Below are positions 20,159 to 30,249 of a stretch of DNA of 64,000 bases, piece after piece. The DNA is taken from positions 3,680,001 to 3,744,000 of the forward strand of contig OZ242383.1 in assembly GCA_965209155.1 (NCBI GenBank), in the 5' to 3' direction. The notes under the pieces were generated by a model that was not told the DNA's origin, did not search any database, and saw only the letters and a list, made by a program, of their open reading frames with translations. A program made the translations under genes and the position numbers. The stretch comes from a bacterium (GTDB lineage: Bacteria; SAR324; NAC60-12). How positions within the stretch are numbered: position 1 is the first letter of the stretch; every line of letters starts with the position of its first letter.

Positions 20159-21484
20159 ATGACCTTTCCTGACCCACAATCCAAATCGGCCCGACTTTTC
20201 GAAAGAGCCCGTCGTGTGATTCCTGGCAGTACCAGCCGTCTCACCATCAAAACATCGCCTTATCATCTTTTTTTATCATCTGCGCAAGGCGCGAAAGTGG
20301 TGGATGTGGATGGCAACGAATTGCTTGATTTCAATAACAACTACACGTCATTGATTCATGGTCATGCTCATCCAGCGATCAATCAAGCGGTTCAAAAACA
20401 ACTTTCTCTGGGAACGGCATATTCTTTCAGCAATGAAGCAGAAATTGAATTGGCCGAACTCTTGTGTGAACGACTTCCTTCTATGGAACGCATTCGCTTT
20501 GTCAATTCAGGTTCCGAAGCCGTGATGAATGCCATCAAAGCCGCACGGGCTTATACGGGGCGATTCAAAATTGCCAAATGTGAAGGGGGATATCATGGAA
20601 GTTATGACAACGCCGAAGTGAGTTTGAGCAGCACCCCGGAGAATTGGGGGACAGAGCTGCCTCAATCCGTTGAATACTCTAAGGGCACTCCCGAGAGCGT
20701 GTTGGAAGAGACAATTGTGATTCCCTATAATGACACAGATGGTGCCGGGCAAATCTTAGAAGCGCATGCCTCGGAACTTGCTGCGGTTTTGTTCGATCCC
20801 CTTCCCCTTCGAATTGGCCTGATTCCAATTCAATCTGAATTCGTCGAGATGTTAAAGCAGTTTGCCAGAGATCATCGAGCACTCCTCATAATGGATGAAG
20901 TGGTTACTTTGCGAAACGGTTATTCCGGAACCCAAGGGGTATTGGGATTGACTCCCGATCTGACAACGTTAGCAAAAATCATTGGAGGCGGATTTCCCGT
21001 CGGAGCGGTGGGAGGTCGTGCTGATGTGATGCAGGTGTTTGAAGCGGATCAACAAAAACCCGCTTTGCCCCACGGAGGAACCTTCAATGCGAACCCCATT
21101 ACGATGGTAGCAGGGAAAACCTGTATGGAATGGTTCAATCAAGAAGAGATTGATCAATTGAATGCCAAAGGGAAATTTTTACGTGCAGAAATCGAAAAGG
21201 TTTTCAAATCCGTGAATGTCCCCGGACAGGTGACCGGCGAAGGGTCTTTATTTCGAATCCATTTGCACAAGCGAGCCCTCCGGAACTATCGAGATTCTTA
21301 TTCCACTCAAACAGAAAACACCAACCTTTCTTTGCTCCACCAGCATCTTATCAATGAGGGGGTTTACTTATCTTCGGGAGGTATGGGTTGTCTCTCCACG
21401 GCCATGAGCGATGCGGATTTGTCGCATTTTCTGGGGGCTTTGCTCAAGTGCCTCCGTCTAATGGAAGAGTGTTTCGAAGTTTGA
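20159..21484 (+). CDS. Class III aminotransferase (glutamate-1-semialdehyde aminomutase-like)
   Basis: DVDGNE, SGSEA, YHG, DEVVT, TTLAKIIGGGFPVGA, HGGTFNANP. Confidence 0.9.
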   Translation: MTFPDPQSKSARLFERARRVIPGSTSRLTIKTSPYHLFLSSAQGAKVVDVDGNELLDFNNNYTSLIHGHAHPAINQAVQKQLSLGTAYSFSNEAEIELAELLCERLPSMERIRFVNSGSEAVMNAIKAARAYTGRFKIAKCEGGYHGSYDNAEVSLSSTPENWGTELPQSVEYSKGTPESVLEETIVIPYNDTDGAGQILEAHASELAAVLFDPLPLRIGLIPIQSEFVEMLKQFARDHRALLIMDEVVTLRNGYSGTQGVLGLTPDLTTLAKIIGGGFPVGAVGGRADVMQVFEADQQKPALPHGGTFNANPITMVAGKTCMEWFNQEEIDQLNAKGKFLRAEIEKVFKSVNVPGQVTGEGSLFRIHLHKRALRNYRDSYSTQTENTNLSLLHQHLINEGVYLSSGGMGCLSTAMSDADLSHFLGALLKCLRLMEECFEV

Positions 21485-21638
21485 GAAAAGACGTTGCGCT
21501 TCGATGCCGGCTGTGAAGAAGCGTTCGACTGCGCAACCCTGGATCACATCGTCGTGTTCACGGATGAACCGGTCGACTTTCTCACTGGGGAAACCATGGG
21601 GGCATGAAGGGCCGTGGGGCATAGCCGCTCATTCTGAT

Positions 21639-22808
21639 CTATCTCAATTCCTTTTCAACGAGCCTGGACCAATAGCTCACGCCAAGCGGCAGGATCTCGT
21701 CGTTGAAGTCGTAGTTTGGATTATGGACATAGCAGCCGCCTGGCCCCCCTTCAACTCCATTACCAATAAAAATAAAACAACCGGGACGCTGGTTCAGCAT
21801 CCAGGAAAAGTCTTCGGCTCCCATCACGGGTGGACTATCACGAAGAATGTTTTCAGCCCCAACGATTGCGGCTGCTGCTGCCGCCGCCTTTTCTGTTTCA
21901 ATCTCTGTATTGATCGTCGGCAGATAACGCCGATCGTAGCGGAATTCGATTCCTACTCCATAGCTAACCCCGACGCCTTCAGCGATTTGCCGTAATTCAT
22001 GTTCTATCATGTCCTGAGTTTCGGGTTTCAACGCGCGAGTTGTGCCTGAAAGGACAGCATCTTCCGCGATCACATTGTTAGTATGCCCCGCATGAACCTG
22101 GGTAATGCTGACGACGGTGGAATCCAGGGGATCCGTCCGGCGAGACGCAACAGTTTGGAAAGCATTGATCATTGCCCCAACGGCAACCACCGGGTCGTTT
22201 CCATGATGGGGGAAGGCGCCGTGTGCGCCAACACCGGTGATCTTGACCTCAAAGAAATCGGCTGAAGCCATCACCGGCCCAGGTTTGACTGCAAACTTGC
22301 CAACGGGCAGCCCAGGCGCGTTGTGCATGCCATAGACGGCCTCGCAGGGGAATTGGTCGAAAAGCCCATCATCCACCATCACTCGCCCACCGGCGACGTT
22401 TTCCTCTGCTGGCTGAAAAATAAAATGGACGGTTCCATCGAAATGCTTCGTTTCCGCTAAATAACGTGCCGCACCCAACAACATCGTGGTATGGCCGTCA
22501 TGCCCACAACCATGCATTTTGCCCTCGTAGACTGATTTGTGATCGAATTCGTTTAGCTCATAAATGTCGAGTGCGTCCATGTCGGCACGTAAGCCGATCG
22601 ACTTCGTGCCATTCCCGACTTTCAACGTCCCGACCACACCGGTTTTGGCAAGACCTCGATGGACCTCGATGCGATAGGATTCAAGCAATTTCGCCACAAT
22701 TTCCGAAGTACGCTCTTCTTCAAAGGCGGTTTCAGGATGAGCATGGATGTCTCTGCGGATACGGGTGAGTTCGTCGTGAAATGCGGTAATTCGGTTGTCA
22801 ATATTCAT
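21639..22808 (-). CDS. M20D amidohydrolase (hippurate hydrolase-like)
   Basis: RRDIHAHPE, LRADMDAL, MHGCGHDGH, FQPAEE, EDF, HNPNYDFND. Confidence 0.93.
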   Translation of the reverse strand: MNIDNRITAFHDELTRIRRDIHAHPETAFEEERTSEIVAKLLESYRIEVHRGLAKTGVVGTLKVGNGTKSIGLRADMDALDIYELNEFDHKSVYEGKMHGCGHDGHTTMLLGAARYLAETKHFDGTVHFIFQPAEENVAGGRVMVDDGLFDQFPCEAVYGMHNAPGLPVGKFAVKPGPVMASADFFEVKITGVGAHGAFPHHGNDPVVAVGAMINAFQTVASRRTDPLDSTVVSITQVHAGHTNNVIAEDAVLSGTTRALKPETQDMIEHELRQIAEGVGVSYGVGIEFRYDRRYLPTINTEIETEKAAAAAAAIVGAENILRDSPPVMGAEDFSWMLNQRPGCFIFIGNGVEGGPGGCYVHNPNYDFNDEILPLGVSYWSRLVEKELR

Positions 22809-22964
22809 GTAAGTCTCCTTTTTTGATATAAATCTTTCTGGTATGTCGTTAGTTTCCTGGCTTATGAAAATATTTACGCAATTTGGTGCTTTCTTTCCAA
22901 AAAAACAAAGTCAATGTAATCCAGCGGCGACTCGCCATTCAGAAGTTCTACTAGATAGCACCGA

Positions 22965-23984
22965 TTAACCAGGATGAGTCGGTGCTTGCTCGTCCCAAAT
23001 GCGCCACCAGAGCAAACGCAGTTGTTGGACTTGGTTCCCGGTTTCTTGTGGAAGTTGTTCCACATGAATCGGTTGCACCCCATCGCTATTGATTATACCC
23101 ACGGCGAATCGGAACGCATAGTATGGGACGATTCCCATCCTCAGATCCGTAATGACGACCTTATTCTTCTCTTTGCCGACACGGTAAAACCCTTTAATGA
23201 ACCATGTCAGTCGCTGCACGGCCCATTGGTCGGAAATCTCCTGTAACAGTGCAGGTTGGCTTTCAAATCTCCTCCATCGTATTTTGTCTGATTGGTCCAA
23301 CAACGAATACAATCCATCATAGTAACCATCGTTCTCCATCACAATGATTCGCCACAATAGTGAATTGAATGGGGTCGGAGTGGAGAGAAGACGCTCGTAG
23401 GAGATGTTTTGCCTTTGTAACGATCTTTCCGCCAATTCATCAATATATAATTTAGCACCGACAGTCCATATCAAATAAATACACGCAAAGGCCAGACCAA
23501 TCGAATTCAAATGATTTCCGAGGGACGAGGATCGCCGCATCCACAAGGCGCACATCAATCCTGTCAATAAGGGTATGGTAAATGCGGGGTCAATGATAAA
23601 CACGGTGGACCAAGTGACTGGATGATTGGAAAAGGGTAACCAGATTTGCGTACCATACACCGTGAAGCAATCCAACAAAGTATGGGTGTAGAAAGTTAAA
23701 ATGACTAACAAACCCCACGATACGCGATGGGAACGAGTGTTTGGATGAATGTGAAGGATGAACCATACCAGCAATGGCATGGCAAGCGTCATGAAAAAGA
23801 AAGAGTGACTCACACCACGGTGGTAAGTGAAATCGCTCACCGGATCTCCCATTGAGAATAGAACGTCCAGGTCGGGAAGCGTACCGCACAGCGCACCCCA
23901 AAAGGCCGCGCGTCGTCCCACTTTCCTCCCTAATACTGCTTCTCCAACAGCAGCTCCGAGGGTCAGTTGCGTGAATGAATCCAT
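22965..23984 (-). CDS. Membrane-bound metal-dependent hydrolase (YdjM/YfhP family)
   Basis: MDSFTQ, LPDLD, HRGVSHS, THTLLDCFTVYGT, IIDP. Confidence 0.88.
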   Translation of the reverse strand: MDSFTQLTLGAAVGEAVLGRKVGRRAAFWGALCGTLPDLDVLFSMGDPVSDFTYHRGVSHSFFFMTLAMPLLVWFILHIHPNTRSHRVSWGLLVILTFYTHTLLDCFTVYGTQIWLPFSNHPVTWSTVFIIDPAFTIPLLTGLMCALWMRRSSSLGNHLNSIGLAFACIYLIWTVGAKLYIDELAERSLQRQNISYERLLSTPTPFNSLLWRIIVMENDGYYDGLYSLLDQSDKIRWRRFESQPALLQEISDQWAVQRLTWFIKGFYRVGKEKNKVVITDLRMGIVPYYAFRFAVGIINSDGVQPIHVEQLPQETGNQVQQLRLLWWRIWDEQAPTHPG

Positions 23985-24035
23985 ATTTTTACGTAAGCTA
24001 TTGAATTTATTGCAATAGACTTGCGTAATGTTAAG

Positions 24036-24063
24036 TTGACAAAGGGGATGGAACTACTATAAG
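24036..24063 (+). promoter_or_regulatory. Candidate sigma70 promoter
   Basis: TTGACA-16 bp-TATAAG upstream of the cyclase-like gene. Confidence 0.4.
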
Positions 24064-24152
24064 TTCAATTGGCGGGCAGTGAAGTTCTTGAATTATTTAA
24101 TTGATAAATGAACCATTTCAGCCCGCCATTCGTGAAGCAAAGTTCCCTTTAA

Positions 24153-25538
24153 TTGGTAATAAATTTAAATCCTCAGACTAACATGCTTGCCATTTCAAAC
24201 CAAGCCTTGGTCCTCCACAGCATCTACTTAGGCGTGATTGTTGCCCTGATTCTCTCCAATAGCATGTTCGCATTCAATCTGAGAGAAACGAGTTACTGTT
24301 ATTATGTAGGATTTATTGCATTTTTGGGAGGGACGCGCACGTTGGAAAATAAGTTTTTTTATGAATTTCCGGGGCCAATATTATTCCCGTGGAACCTGAA
24401 TCCCTGGCCCATCTTGGTGGGTATCAGTCTTGTTTTCGCATATTTGTTTGCGCGTCGTTTTTTACGTACGAAAGAAAACCTGCCAATTTTCGATTCCTTG
24501 CTTGTCGTCCTCTTGGTGCTCAGCCTGTTGACCGCTGTGATTGCTACCATTTTCCACCAGTTCTTTATGTTAAAGTTGATGAAAATTTTATTTCTCGTTT
24601 GGGCGGTTATGGCAATCTATGCAGGTGTTCGACGATGGCGGCAAAACTTTCGACCTGCTCGATTCTACCTTTTAGCCTGGATTTGTCTGGCAGTGGCGAG
24701 CGCTGAGGGATTGTCTTCAGACTCAACGGAAGCCTTAAACGTGGAAGGAATCACATGGAGTATTTATTTGAGTTCTTTATTGGCGATAGTTCTCTTGGCA
24801 CTTGCCTTGACAGACAATCTCAATGCATCCCGTCAGGAAAGTGAATCCACCTTGAGAGAAAGATTGGCTGAAGCAGAAAAAGTAATGCGTTTGACCGATA
24901 TATTCAATCGTTTCGTACCTCATTCAATGATCCAATGTTTACCAAAAAAGCACATCATCGATGTTCGGCTGGGAGACTATGTTCAGCAAGAAATGAGTGT
25001 CCTGTCAATGGAAATACAAAATTTTCCGGTGCTATCCGCACGATTATCGCCTCCTGAAAACCTGGCTTTCGTTAACCAGTTTTTAAATGAAATGGGGCCC
25101 GTTGCGCGAAAGCACAATGGTTTTGTGGGGAAATACAAGGCGACTGGAATAACGGCATTTTTCCCCGATAAACCTGAAGACGCCGTTGCTGCCGGAAGGC
25201 AAATGCTGAAAAGAGTGAAACAACTCAATCAGGGTAAAAAAGCAAATGAAACAATTATCGAAATCGGAATCGGCGTTAATTGTGAAGTCCTTCTCCTTGG
25301 AATTGTTGGAGAAGTGGGACGCATGGAAGGGACTGTCATCTCCGAAGCGGAAATTGTTGCGGAGCATTTACAAGCGCTGACGAAATCGTATCAAAGACCC
25401 TTTTTGATTACTGAATTCACCCTTGCGGCACTGGTGGAGTCCAACAATCCGTTAATCGAATTTGTCGACCGCGTCCAGCTGCCGGGAAAATCGAAATTGA
25501 TTGATATTTTTGAAGTAAAAAAGAAACCATGGGATTAA
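24153..25538 (+). CDS. 7TM-DISM membrane domain plus degenerate class III adenylate/guanylate cyclase domain
   Basis: Seven hydrophobic segments with ARRFL and PARFYLLAW motifs; RFVP...VRLGD...IGIGVN...GIVGEVGRMEGTVIS cyclase fold. Confidence 0.82.
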   Translation: MVINLNPQTNMLAISNQALVLHSIYLGVIVALILSNSMFAFNLRETSYCYYVGFIAFLGGTRTLENKFFYEFPGPILFPWNLNPWPILVGISLVFAYLFARRFLRTKENLPIFDSLLVVLLVLSLLTAVIATIFHQFFMLKLMKILFLVWAVMAIYAGVRRWRQNFRPARFYLLAWICLAVASAEGLSSDSTEALNVEGITWSIYLSSLLAIVLLALALTDNLNASRQESESTLRERLAEAEKVMRLTDIFNRFVPHSMIQCLPKKHIIDVRLGDYVQQEMSVLSMEIQNFPVLSARLSPPENLAFVNQFLNEMGPVARKHNGFVGKYKATGITAFFPDKPEDAVAAGRQMLKRVKQLNQGKKANETIIEIGIGVNCEVLLLGIVGEVGRMEGTVISEAEIVAEHLQALTKSYQRPFLITEFTLAALVESNNPLIEFVDRVQLPGKSKLIDIFEVKKKPWD

Positions 25539-25558
25539 ACTCTCGTGCTTCATCAGAA

Positions 25559-26275
25559 TCACACTCCCAAATAACGCCGCCGAGCATCCACATCTTCTGC
25601 GAGCATTGCGGTATCTCCCGACCAGACGATGCGTCCTTTTTCAAGAATATAATGGCGGTCGGCAAAGCGAAGGAGGGATTCGATGTGTTTATCGATTACG
25701 AGGATGGACTGTCCCGTTTTCTTCAAGATTTCGAGACAGCGCCAGATATCTTTACGAATCAAAGGCGCTAATCCTTCGGTTGCTTCGTCTAAAATGAGAA
25801 GACGGGGATTGGTCATCAAGGCTCGTCCGATAGAAAGCATTTGTTGCTCCCCCCCGGAAAGTTGGTCTCCTCGAAATTTCTGGCGCCGGGCCAGAATTGG
25901 AAAAATTCGCAAGACCCTTTCAAGGGTCCAGGGAGCAAGGGGATTGCCGGAGAGACATCTCGGTTGCTTCCTCGCCGTTGCAAGCAGATTTTCTTTCACT
26001 GTCAAATTAGAAAAAATCAGTCGTCCTTCCGGTACCAGCCCCACACCGAGTCGGGCTATCCGGTAGGAAGGCAGGTGCTGGATTTCTCTCCCTTCCAGCA
26101 GAATTTTCCCCCTACGAGTCGGAGTCAATCCAATGATGGAGCGTACCATAGTGGTTTTACCCATGCCATTGCGTCCCAAAAGAATTGCGGCTTGCCCTTC
26201 ATCGATTTTGAGATCGACGCCGAATAACACCTGGCTGCTGCCATAAAAGGTCTCAATATTTTGCAGTTCCAACAT
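25559..26275 (-). CDS. livF: Branched-chain amino acid-type ABC ATPase
   Basis: GRNGMGKTT, LSGGEQQML, LDEATEGLAP. Confidence 0.9.
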   Translation of the reverse strand: MLELQNIETFYGSSQVLFGVDLKIDEGQAAILLGRNGMGKTTMVRSIIGLTPTRRGKILLEGREIQHLPSYRIARLGVGLVPEGRLIFSNLTVKENLLATARKQPRCLSGNPLAPWTLERVLRIFPILARRQKFRGDQLSGGEQQMLSIGRALMTNPRLLILDEATEGLAPLIRKDIWRCLEILKKTGQSILVIDKHIESLLRFADRHYILEKGRIVWSGDTAMLAEDVDARRRYLGV

Positions 26276-27027
26276 TAGAAAATCTCATTGCCCAGATACG
26301 CAATTCGTACGTCTGCATTGTTGCGGACTGTGTCCGGGTGTCCGCTGGCAATTGCTTTTCCATAGACCAGAACCGTCAGGTGGTCAGAAAGAGCAAAAAC
26401 GGCATCCATATCATGTTCGACGAGTAGAATGGTGTACTCGTTTTTCAGTTTCATCAAAAATTGGATCATCTGAACCGATTCTTCCTTTCCCATACCAGCT
26501 AAAGGTTCATCCAGGAGTAGTAAAACCGGTTCGGATGCCAACGTCATCGCGATTTCAAGTTGCCGTTTTTCGCCATGCGCCAGATTTCGTGCCAGGATAG
26601 GTGCACGATGGGCTAATCCCACCTGATCGAGGATCCGCAAGGTTGGTTCGCGCAGGGAGCGATCCTTGCTGGCAGCTTTCCAAAAATAAAAGCTGTGCCC
26701 TTTGCGCGCCTGCACGGCAAGGGCCACGTTGTCTTCAATGGTCAACTCGTCAAAAACGGAGGTGATTTGATAAGAACGAGCGATTCCGTGCCGCACCCTT
26801 TTATGGATAGGCCAGTGAGTGATTGGCTCTCCTTGAAACAACACGCTCCCTGCATCAGGTGTCAATTCACCGGAGAGTTGGGCGATTAAAGTGGTTTTTC
26901 CGGCACCATTGGGACCAATCACCGCATGCAGTTTGCCTTTTTCCAGTTCCAGGGAAAGTCCGTCAATGGCGGCAAGAGCACCAAAATTTTTACGTAGCCC
27001 CTGGATTTCCAATAGGGTTTCAGCCAT
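26275..27027 (-). CDS. livG: Branched-chain amino acid-type ABC ATPase
   Basis: GPNGAGKTT, LAHGEKRQLE, LDEPLAG, VEHDM. Confidence 0.9.
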   Translation of the reverse strand: MAETLLEIQGLRKNFGALAAIDGLSLELEKGKLHAVIGPNGAGKTTLIAQLSGELTPDAGSVLFQGEPITHWPIHKRVRHGIARSYQITSVFDELTIEDNVALAVQARKGHSFYFWKAASKDRSLREPTLRILDQVGLAHRAPILARNLAHGEKRQLEIAMTLASEPVLLLLDEPLAGMGKEESVQMIQFLMKLKNEYTILLVEHDMDAVFALSDHLTVLVYGKAIASGHPDTVRNNADVRIAYLGNEIF

Positions 27028-28021
27028 GATCTCCTTTGTCTTTTCCAACCAATAAACCATATAGCCCACGTTTGCTGAACAAGACGACAAGGATCAGAAA
27101 TGGTCCGAAATAAAGCATCCAATGTTCGGTATAAGCAGAGAGAATTTCTTCAATGGATAAAAATGCAATGGCTCCAAAAACGGCACCGAAGAGGGTACCC
27201 ATTCCTCCTAAAATGACCATGATCAATATTTCCCCGGATTGCGTCCAATGTAAAAGGTCCGGGCTAACGTATTCCAAGTGATTGCTCATCAGGATTCCTG
27301 CTAAACCTGCGCCAGCCCCTGAGATGGTAAATGCCGTCAGTTTATAAAAATAAATAGGAAATCCCAGCGTTTTCATACGCTGCTCGTTTTGCTTGCACCC
27401 TTTGATCACCATACCAAAGCGTGAATGAATCAAACGATGGGAGTAGAGGATAAATAACACGAGGACAACAAAGCAAATATAATAGAAGGTCGTGTCGTTG
27501 TTCAAATCCAGGTTGAAGAGGGAATTGCGTTCGAACATGCTCATGCCGTCATCTCCTCCATAAATTTCCAGAGAATTGAAGAAAAAGAAAAGCATTTGAG
27601 CGAAGGCCAGAGTAATCATCAGAAAGTACACTCCACTTGTACGTAAGCTCAGAGCTCCAATCCCCAAGGCGAACAACGCAGTCACCAGCACGCTCACGGG
27701 CCAGACCAATAAGGCGTCATTGCTCCCGGAGATTTCAAGGGGCCAACTGAGGAAGGGCGTTCCCTCCGCGTAATGATATGCCAGGATGCCAACGCCATAA
27801 GTACCAATTCCAAAAAATGCGGCATGACCCAAACTGACCATCCCCCCGTATCCCAAGATCAGGTCGAGGCTGACGGCGGCAATTCCATAAATCAAACATA
27901 GTCTGAAGAAGGGGATCAGATAGGCCTGATCTGTTGCTTCAGCGAGCAGGGGCAGGCAAGAGAGAAAAACAAACAAAGATAAAAGGACTGTTTTTTTACG
28001 GATGTGTTTAAGCATTGGCAT
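27020..28021 (-). CDS. livM: Branched-chain amino acid-type ABC permease
   Basis: GYGGMVSLGHAAFFGIG, YFLMITLAFAQ, LGGMGT. Confidence 0.9.
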   Translation of the reverse strand: MPMLKHIRKKTVLLSLFVFLSCLPLLAEATDQAYLIPFFRLCLIYGIAAVSLDLILGYGGMVSLGHAAFFGIGTYGVGILAYHYAEGTPFLSWPLEISGSNDALLVWPVSVLVTALFALGIGALSLRTSGVYFLMITLAFAQMLFFFFNSLEIYGGDDGMSMFERNSLFNLDLNNDTTFYYICFVVLVLFILYSHRLIHSRFGMVIKGCKQNEQRMKTLGFPIYFYKLTAFTISGAGAGLAGILMSNHLEYVSPDLLHWTQSGEILIMVILGGMGTLFGAVFGAIAFLSIEEILSAYTEHWMLYFGPFLILVVLFSKRGLYGLLVGKDKGDHG

Positions 28022-28922
28022 GAAATAATCCGGTGGGACGCCAGATCAGGACAATGGCCATCAGGAGGTAAATCGATACGGAAGCCAGAGCGCTACCCAC
28101 GCCGTCTGCAGAAGGGGTGGACATAAATAAACGAAAGAAAGTTGGCAGAAAGGCTCGTCCTAATGTGTCCACGATTCCCACAATAAGGGCTCCTGCCAAA
28201 GCGCCTCGGACCGAACCAACCCCGCCAATGACGACAACCACGAAAACCAGTATAAGGATATTTTCTCCCATTCCGGCTTCCACCGACATGATGGGTCCAG
28301 CCATTGCGCCCGCCAACCCCGCCAACAAGGTACCCAAGCCAAAAACCAGAGTGTAAAGCAATTTGACGTTTACCCCTAAAGCGCCTATCATGTCACGGTT
28401 GCTCGCACCTGCCCGTATCTGCATTCCTAAACGGGTATGGTTGATCAGAATATAGAGAAAGACGGCCACCGCAATGCCTACCGCAATGATCGCTAAACGA
28501 TAGGAGGGATAAGGCACTCCCGGCAGAATTTCTACTGCCTGAGAAAAGAGGGGCGGCACGTCAAAGAATAAAGCGCTGCGCCCCCAAATTACTTGCACTG
28601 CTTCGTTGAAGAGGAGAATCAATCCAAAAGAAACCAGGATTTGATCGAGGTGGTCCCGTTCGTAGAGGGTGCGCAAGGTGAGAATTTCCACAAGAATGCC
28701 CACCAGAGCTGTTACCAGAAGGGCAGCCAGTAATCCCAGCACGAAACTACCTGTGAGATTGCTCAACGTTGCGGCTACAAAAGCTCCAATCATATAGAAA
28801 GAACCATGAGCCAGGTTGATCAGATTCATGATTCCAAAAACCAGCGTTAAACCGGCAGCCATTAAAAAAAGCATCACCCCCAGTTGCACTCCGTTCAGCA
28901 TTTGTTCAAGCAGCAACCACAT
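28008..28922 (-). CDS. livH: Branched-chain amino acid-type ABC permease
   Basis: GLTLVFGIMNLINLAHG, TRLGMQIRA, VVIGGVGS. Confidence 0.9.
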   Translation of the reverse strand: MWLLLEQMLNGVQLGVMLFLMAAGLTLVFGIMNLINLAHGSFYMIGAFVAATLSNLTGSFVLGLLAALLVTALVGILVEILTLRTLYERDHLDQILVSFGLILLFNEAVQVIWGRSALFFDVPPLFSQAVEILPGVPYPSYRLAIIAVGIAVAVFLYILINHTRLGMQIRAGASNRDMIGALGVNVKLLYTLVFGLGTLLAGLAGAMAGPIMSVEAGMGENILILVFVVVVIGGVGSVRGALAGALIVGIVDTLGRAFLPTFFRLFMSTPSADGVGSALASVSIYLLMAIVLIWRPTGLFHANA

Positions 28923-28927
28923 GTGGA

Positions 28928-30106
28928 TTATAACTCACAATTTGCGGCATAGGCGTCCACATGGTTAGTGAAAACTTTTTCGACCGTTTTGTTTGTCACC
29001 CTGCCATCTTCCTCCTTGAAAACCCGACGCAGGTAGAAATCCTGCACAGGGTGCTGATTCTTACCGAACCTGAAATTTCCGCGTACCGATTCGAATTCCG
29101 AATTGTTCAGGGCTTCCCGCAGCCGGTCTGTGTCCGATACATCACCATTGAGAGCCTCGAGGGCGCTGGCGATGAGCAAAGCCGCATCGTAGCCTTGACT
29201 GGCATAGACAGTAGGGTATTTACCGTATTTTTTACGATAGTCTTTCACAAATTGACGATTGGCGGGGTTGTCAAAGTCGTGATTCCAATGAGTCGTGTTG
29301 TAGAATCCTACAGTGACGTCTCCTAGCGCTTTCAACAAGCGATCGTCAAACGACCACGCAGGACCATAGACCTTTATTTGCTTATGCAGTCCTGCCTGCG
29401 TAAATTGCTTCATGAAATTGATACCCATACCGCCTGGCAGAAAGAAAAAGATTCCTTTGGGATTCGCGGCACGCAAGGTAGAGATTTCTGCAGCATAATC
29501 GGATTGTCCTAATTTGACATAAACTTCTCCGGCAACGGATCCTTTGTAAAAACGATTGAATCCGGCAATCATGTCCTTTCCCGCCTGGTAATTGACCGAA
29601 ATCAGGTAAATGTCTTCTTCTCCCTTAGTCGTCAAATAACTCCCCATCGCTTCGGGTATGTTGTCGTTTTGCCAGGAGACGTTGAAATAATTTTTATCAC
29701 ATCCTTTGCCTGCGAATTTGGAAGAACCCGCATTGGGGCTGATAAATATCTTACCTTTACGAGTCACTTTGGGAACGACCGCATTGAGGACATTGCTGAA
29801 AATGATACCCGTGAGGATATCGACTTTGTCACGGTCGATGAATCGTTGAGCAATTTCGACGCCTTTCCGGGGCCTTCGATTGTCGTCCTCCACCAACAGG
29901 TCGACTGCAATCCCTCCAAGTGTTCCTCCTTCTTGTTCCATCACGAGTATAAATCCATCTCGCACTTCCTCGCCCAAGTAACCGGCTCCCGTGGAAAGCG
30001 TCGTAATCATCCCGATTTTAATGGGGGAAGCCATCGACACCGTGAAAGTGAAAAGGATTCCGCAGGTTGCTACCAGAAATGAAAAATATATTTTTAATTT
30101 TTTCAC
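28928..30106 (-). CDS. ABC substrate-binding protein (LivK-like; aromatic acid-binding subfamily possible)
   Basis: Signal peptide, IKIGMITTLS, QGYDAA, SVRGNFRFG. Confidence 0.88.
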   Translation of the reverse strand: MKKLKIYFSFLVATCGILFTFTVSMASPIKIGMITTLSTGAGYLGEEVRDGFILVMEQEGGTLGGIAVDLLVEDDNRRPRKGVEIAQRFIDRDKVDILTGIIFSNVLNAVVPKVTRKGKIFISPNAGSSKFAGKGCDKNYFNVSWQNDNIPEAMGSYLTTKGEEDIYLISVNYQAGKDMIAGFNRFYKGSVAGEVYVKLGQSDYAAEISTLRAANPKGIFFFLPGGMGINFMKQFTQAGLHKQIKVYGPAWSFDDRLLKALGDVTVGFYNTTHWNHDFDNPANRQFVKDYRKKYGKYPTVYASQGYDAALLIASALEALNGDVSDTDRLREALNNSEFESVRGNFRFGKNQHPVQDFYLRRVFKEEDGRVTNKTVEKVFTNHVDAYAANCEL

Positions 30107-30249
30107 TATTTACTTTTCAAAAAAATGTTCTCGCAGCAAATCTTTGCGAATCTGACTGTCAGGTCGGAATGGAGTCCGCTCCGGCATTCCGGTACTTGCA
30201 TTTCAAATACCGGAATTACGGTGTCAGAAGAATTTCATAATAGATTTTT

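Noticed and set aside
21460..21625. Short minus-strand frame after the M20 gene (MPHGPSCPHG...)
   Set aside because: No recognisable family; runs into the convergent aminotransferase
22874..22955. Possible transposase C-terminal stub (LNGESPLDYIDF...)
   Set aside because: Too short to assign
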